A DNA stretch of 64,000 nucleotides from a virus. Made by a program: the position numbers and the translations under genes. The stretch spans positions 7,293 to 71,292 of IMG/VR virus record IMGVR_UViG_3300028025_002828; one strand, 5' to 3'. The notes under the pieces are model-generated. The model saw only the letters and a list, made by a program, of their open reading frames with translations. It searched no databases and was not told the DNA's origin. Shown one piece after another: positions 63,779-64,000 of this stretch (the first letter of the stretch is position 1; every line of letters begins with the position of its first letter).

Positions 63779-64000
63779 AACAGTGTTGGGGTTTGAGTAT
63801 GAACATCTGGTTTAGCAGAAAAACTGCCAAGGAAGAACTAAAAGATACCCTGTTCTTCTCTGGTATGACATATGGTGAATGGACTAAGGGTAAGGATGGC
63901 TACTCCATAGAGTGTAGTCTAGGTAAAGTAGAAGTCCGCAGTCTGTATGACATACGTGTAAATGGTAAGAAGGTTGGCAGTCCTACACAGTTTAAGCGTG

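Noticed and set aside
1-64000. Stop-codon reassignment
   Set aside because: Core genes are intact under the standard code and end in TAA, TAG and TGA; no suppressor tRNA was found.

Overview
64 kb of a large T4-like myovirus genome, with almost all genes on the + strand. The host is probably a Gram-negative proteobacterium (inferred from the spanins, lipoproteins and DesA-like desaturase). The core genes are uvsX, gp41 helicase, gp61 primase, thyX, nrdA/nrdB, DNA ligase, dsbA, RNase H and dCMP deaminase. Accessory content: a TET/JBP-type dioxygenase plus glycosyltransferase pair, a block of probable head-packaged proteins with T4-like capsid-targeting N-termini, an embedded Rz/Rz1 spanin pair, many 2OG-Fe(II) oxygenases, lipid-type enzymes (FabF, two desaturases, an SDR and an aminotransferase), and a 26-gene tRNA array covering all 20 amino acids with several unknown structured RNAs inside it. 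The most striking element is the leader of the tRNA array. It holds a leaderless 37-codon ORF using 33 different codons and 19 amino acids, whose 3' end overlaps an antiterminator that competes with an intrinsic terminator. This looks like a ribosome-stalling attenuator that could switch on phage tRNAs when host tRNAs are depleted. Other highlights are a conserved palindrome near -60 of seven sigma70 promoters, an antisense promoter aimed at the lysis genes, and three tandem ToxI-like pseudoknots. All protein calls come from motif recognition by eye and all RNA folds were paired by hand; no searches were run.
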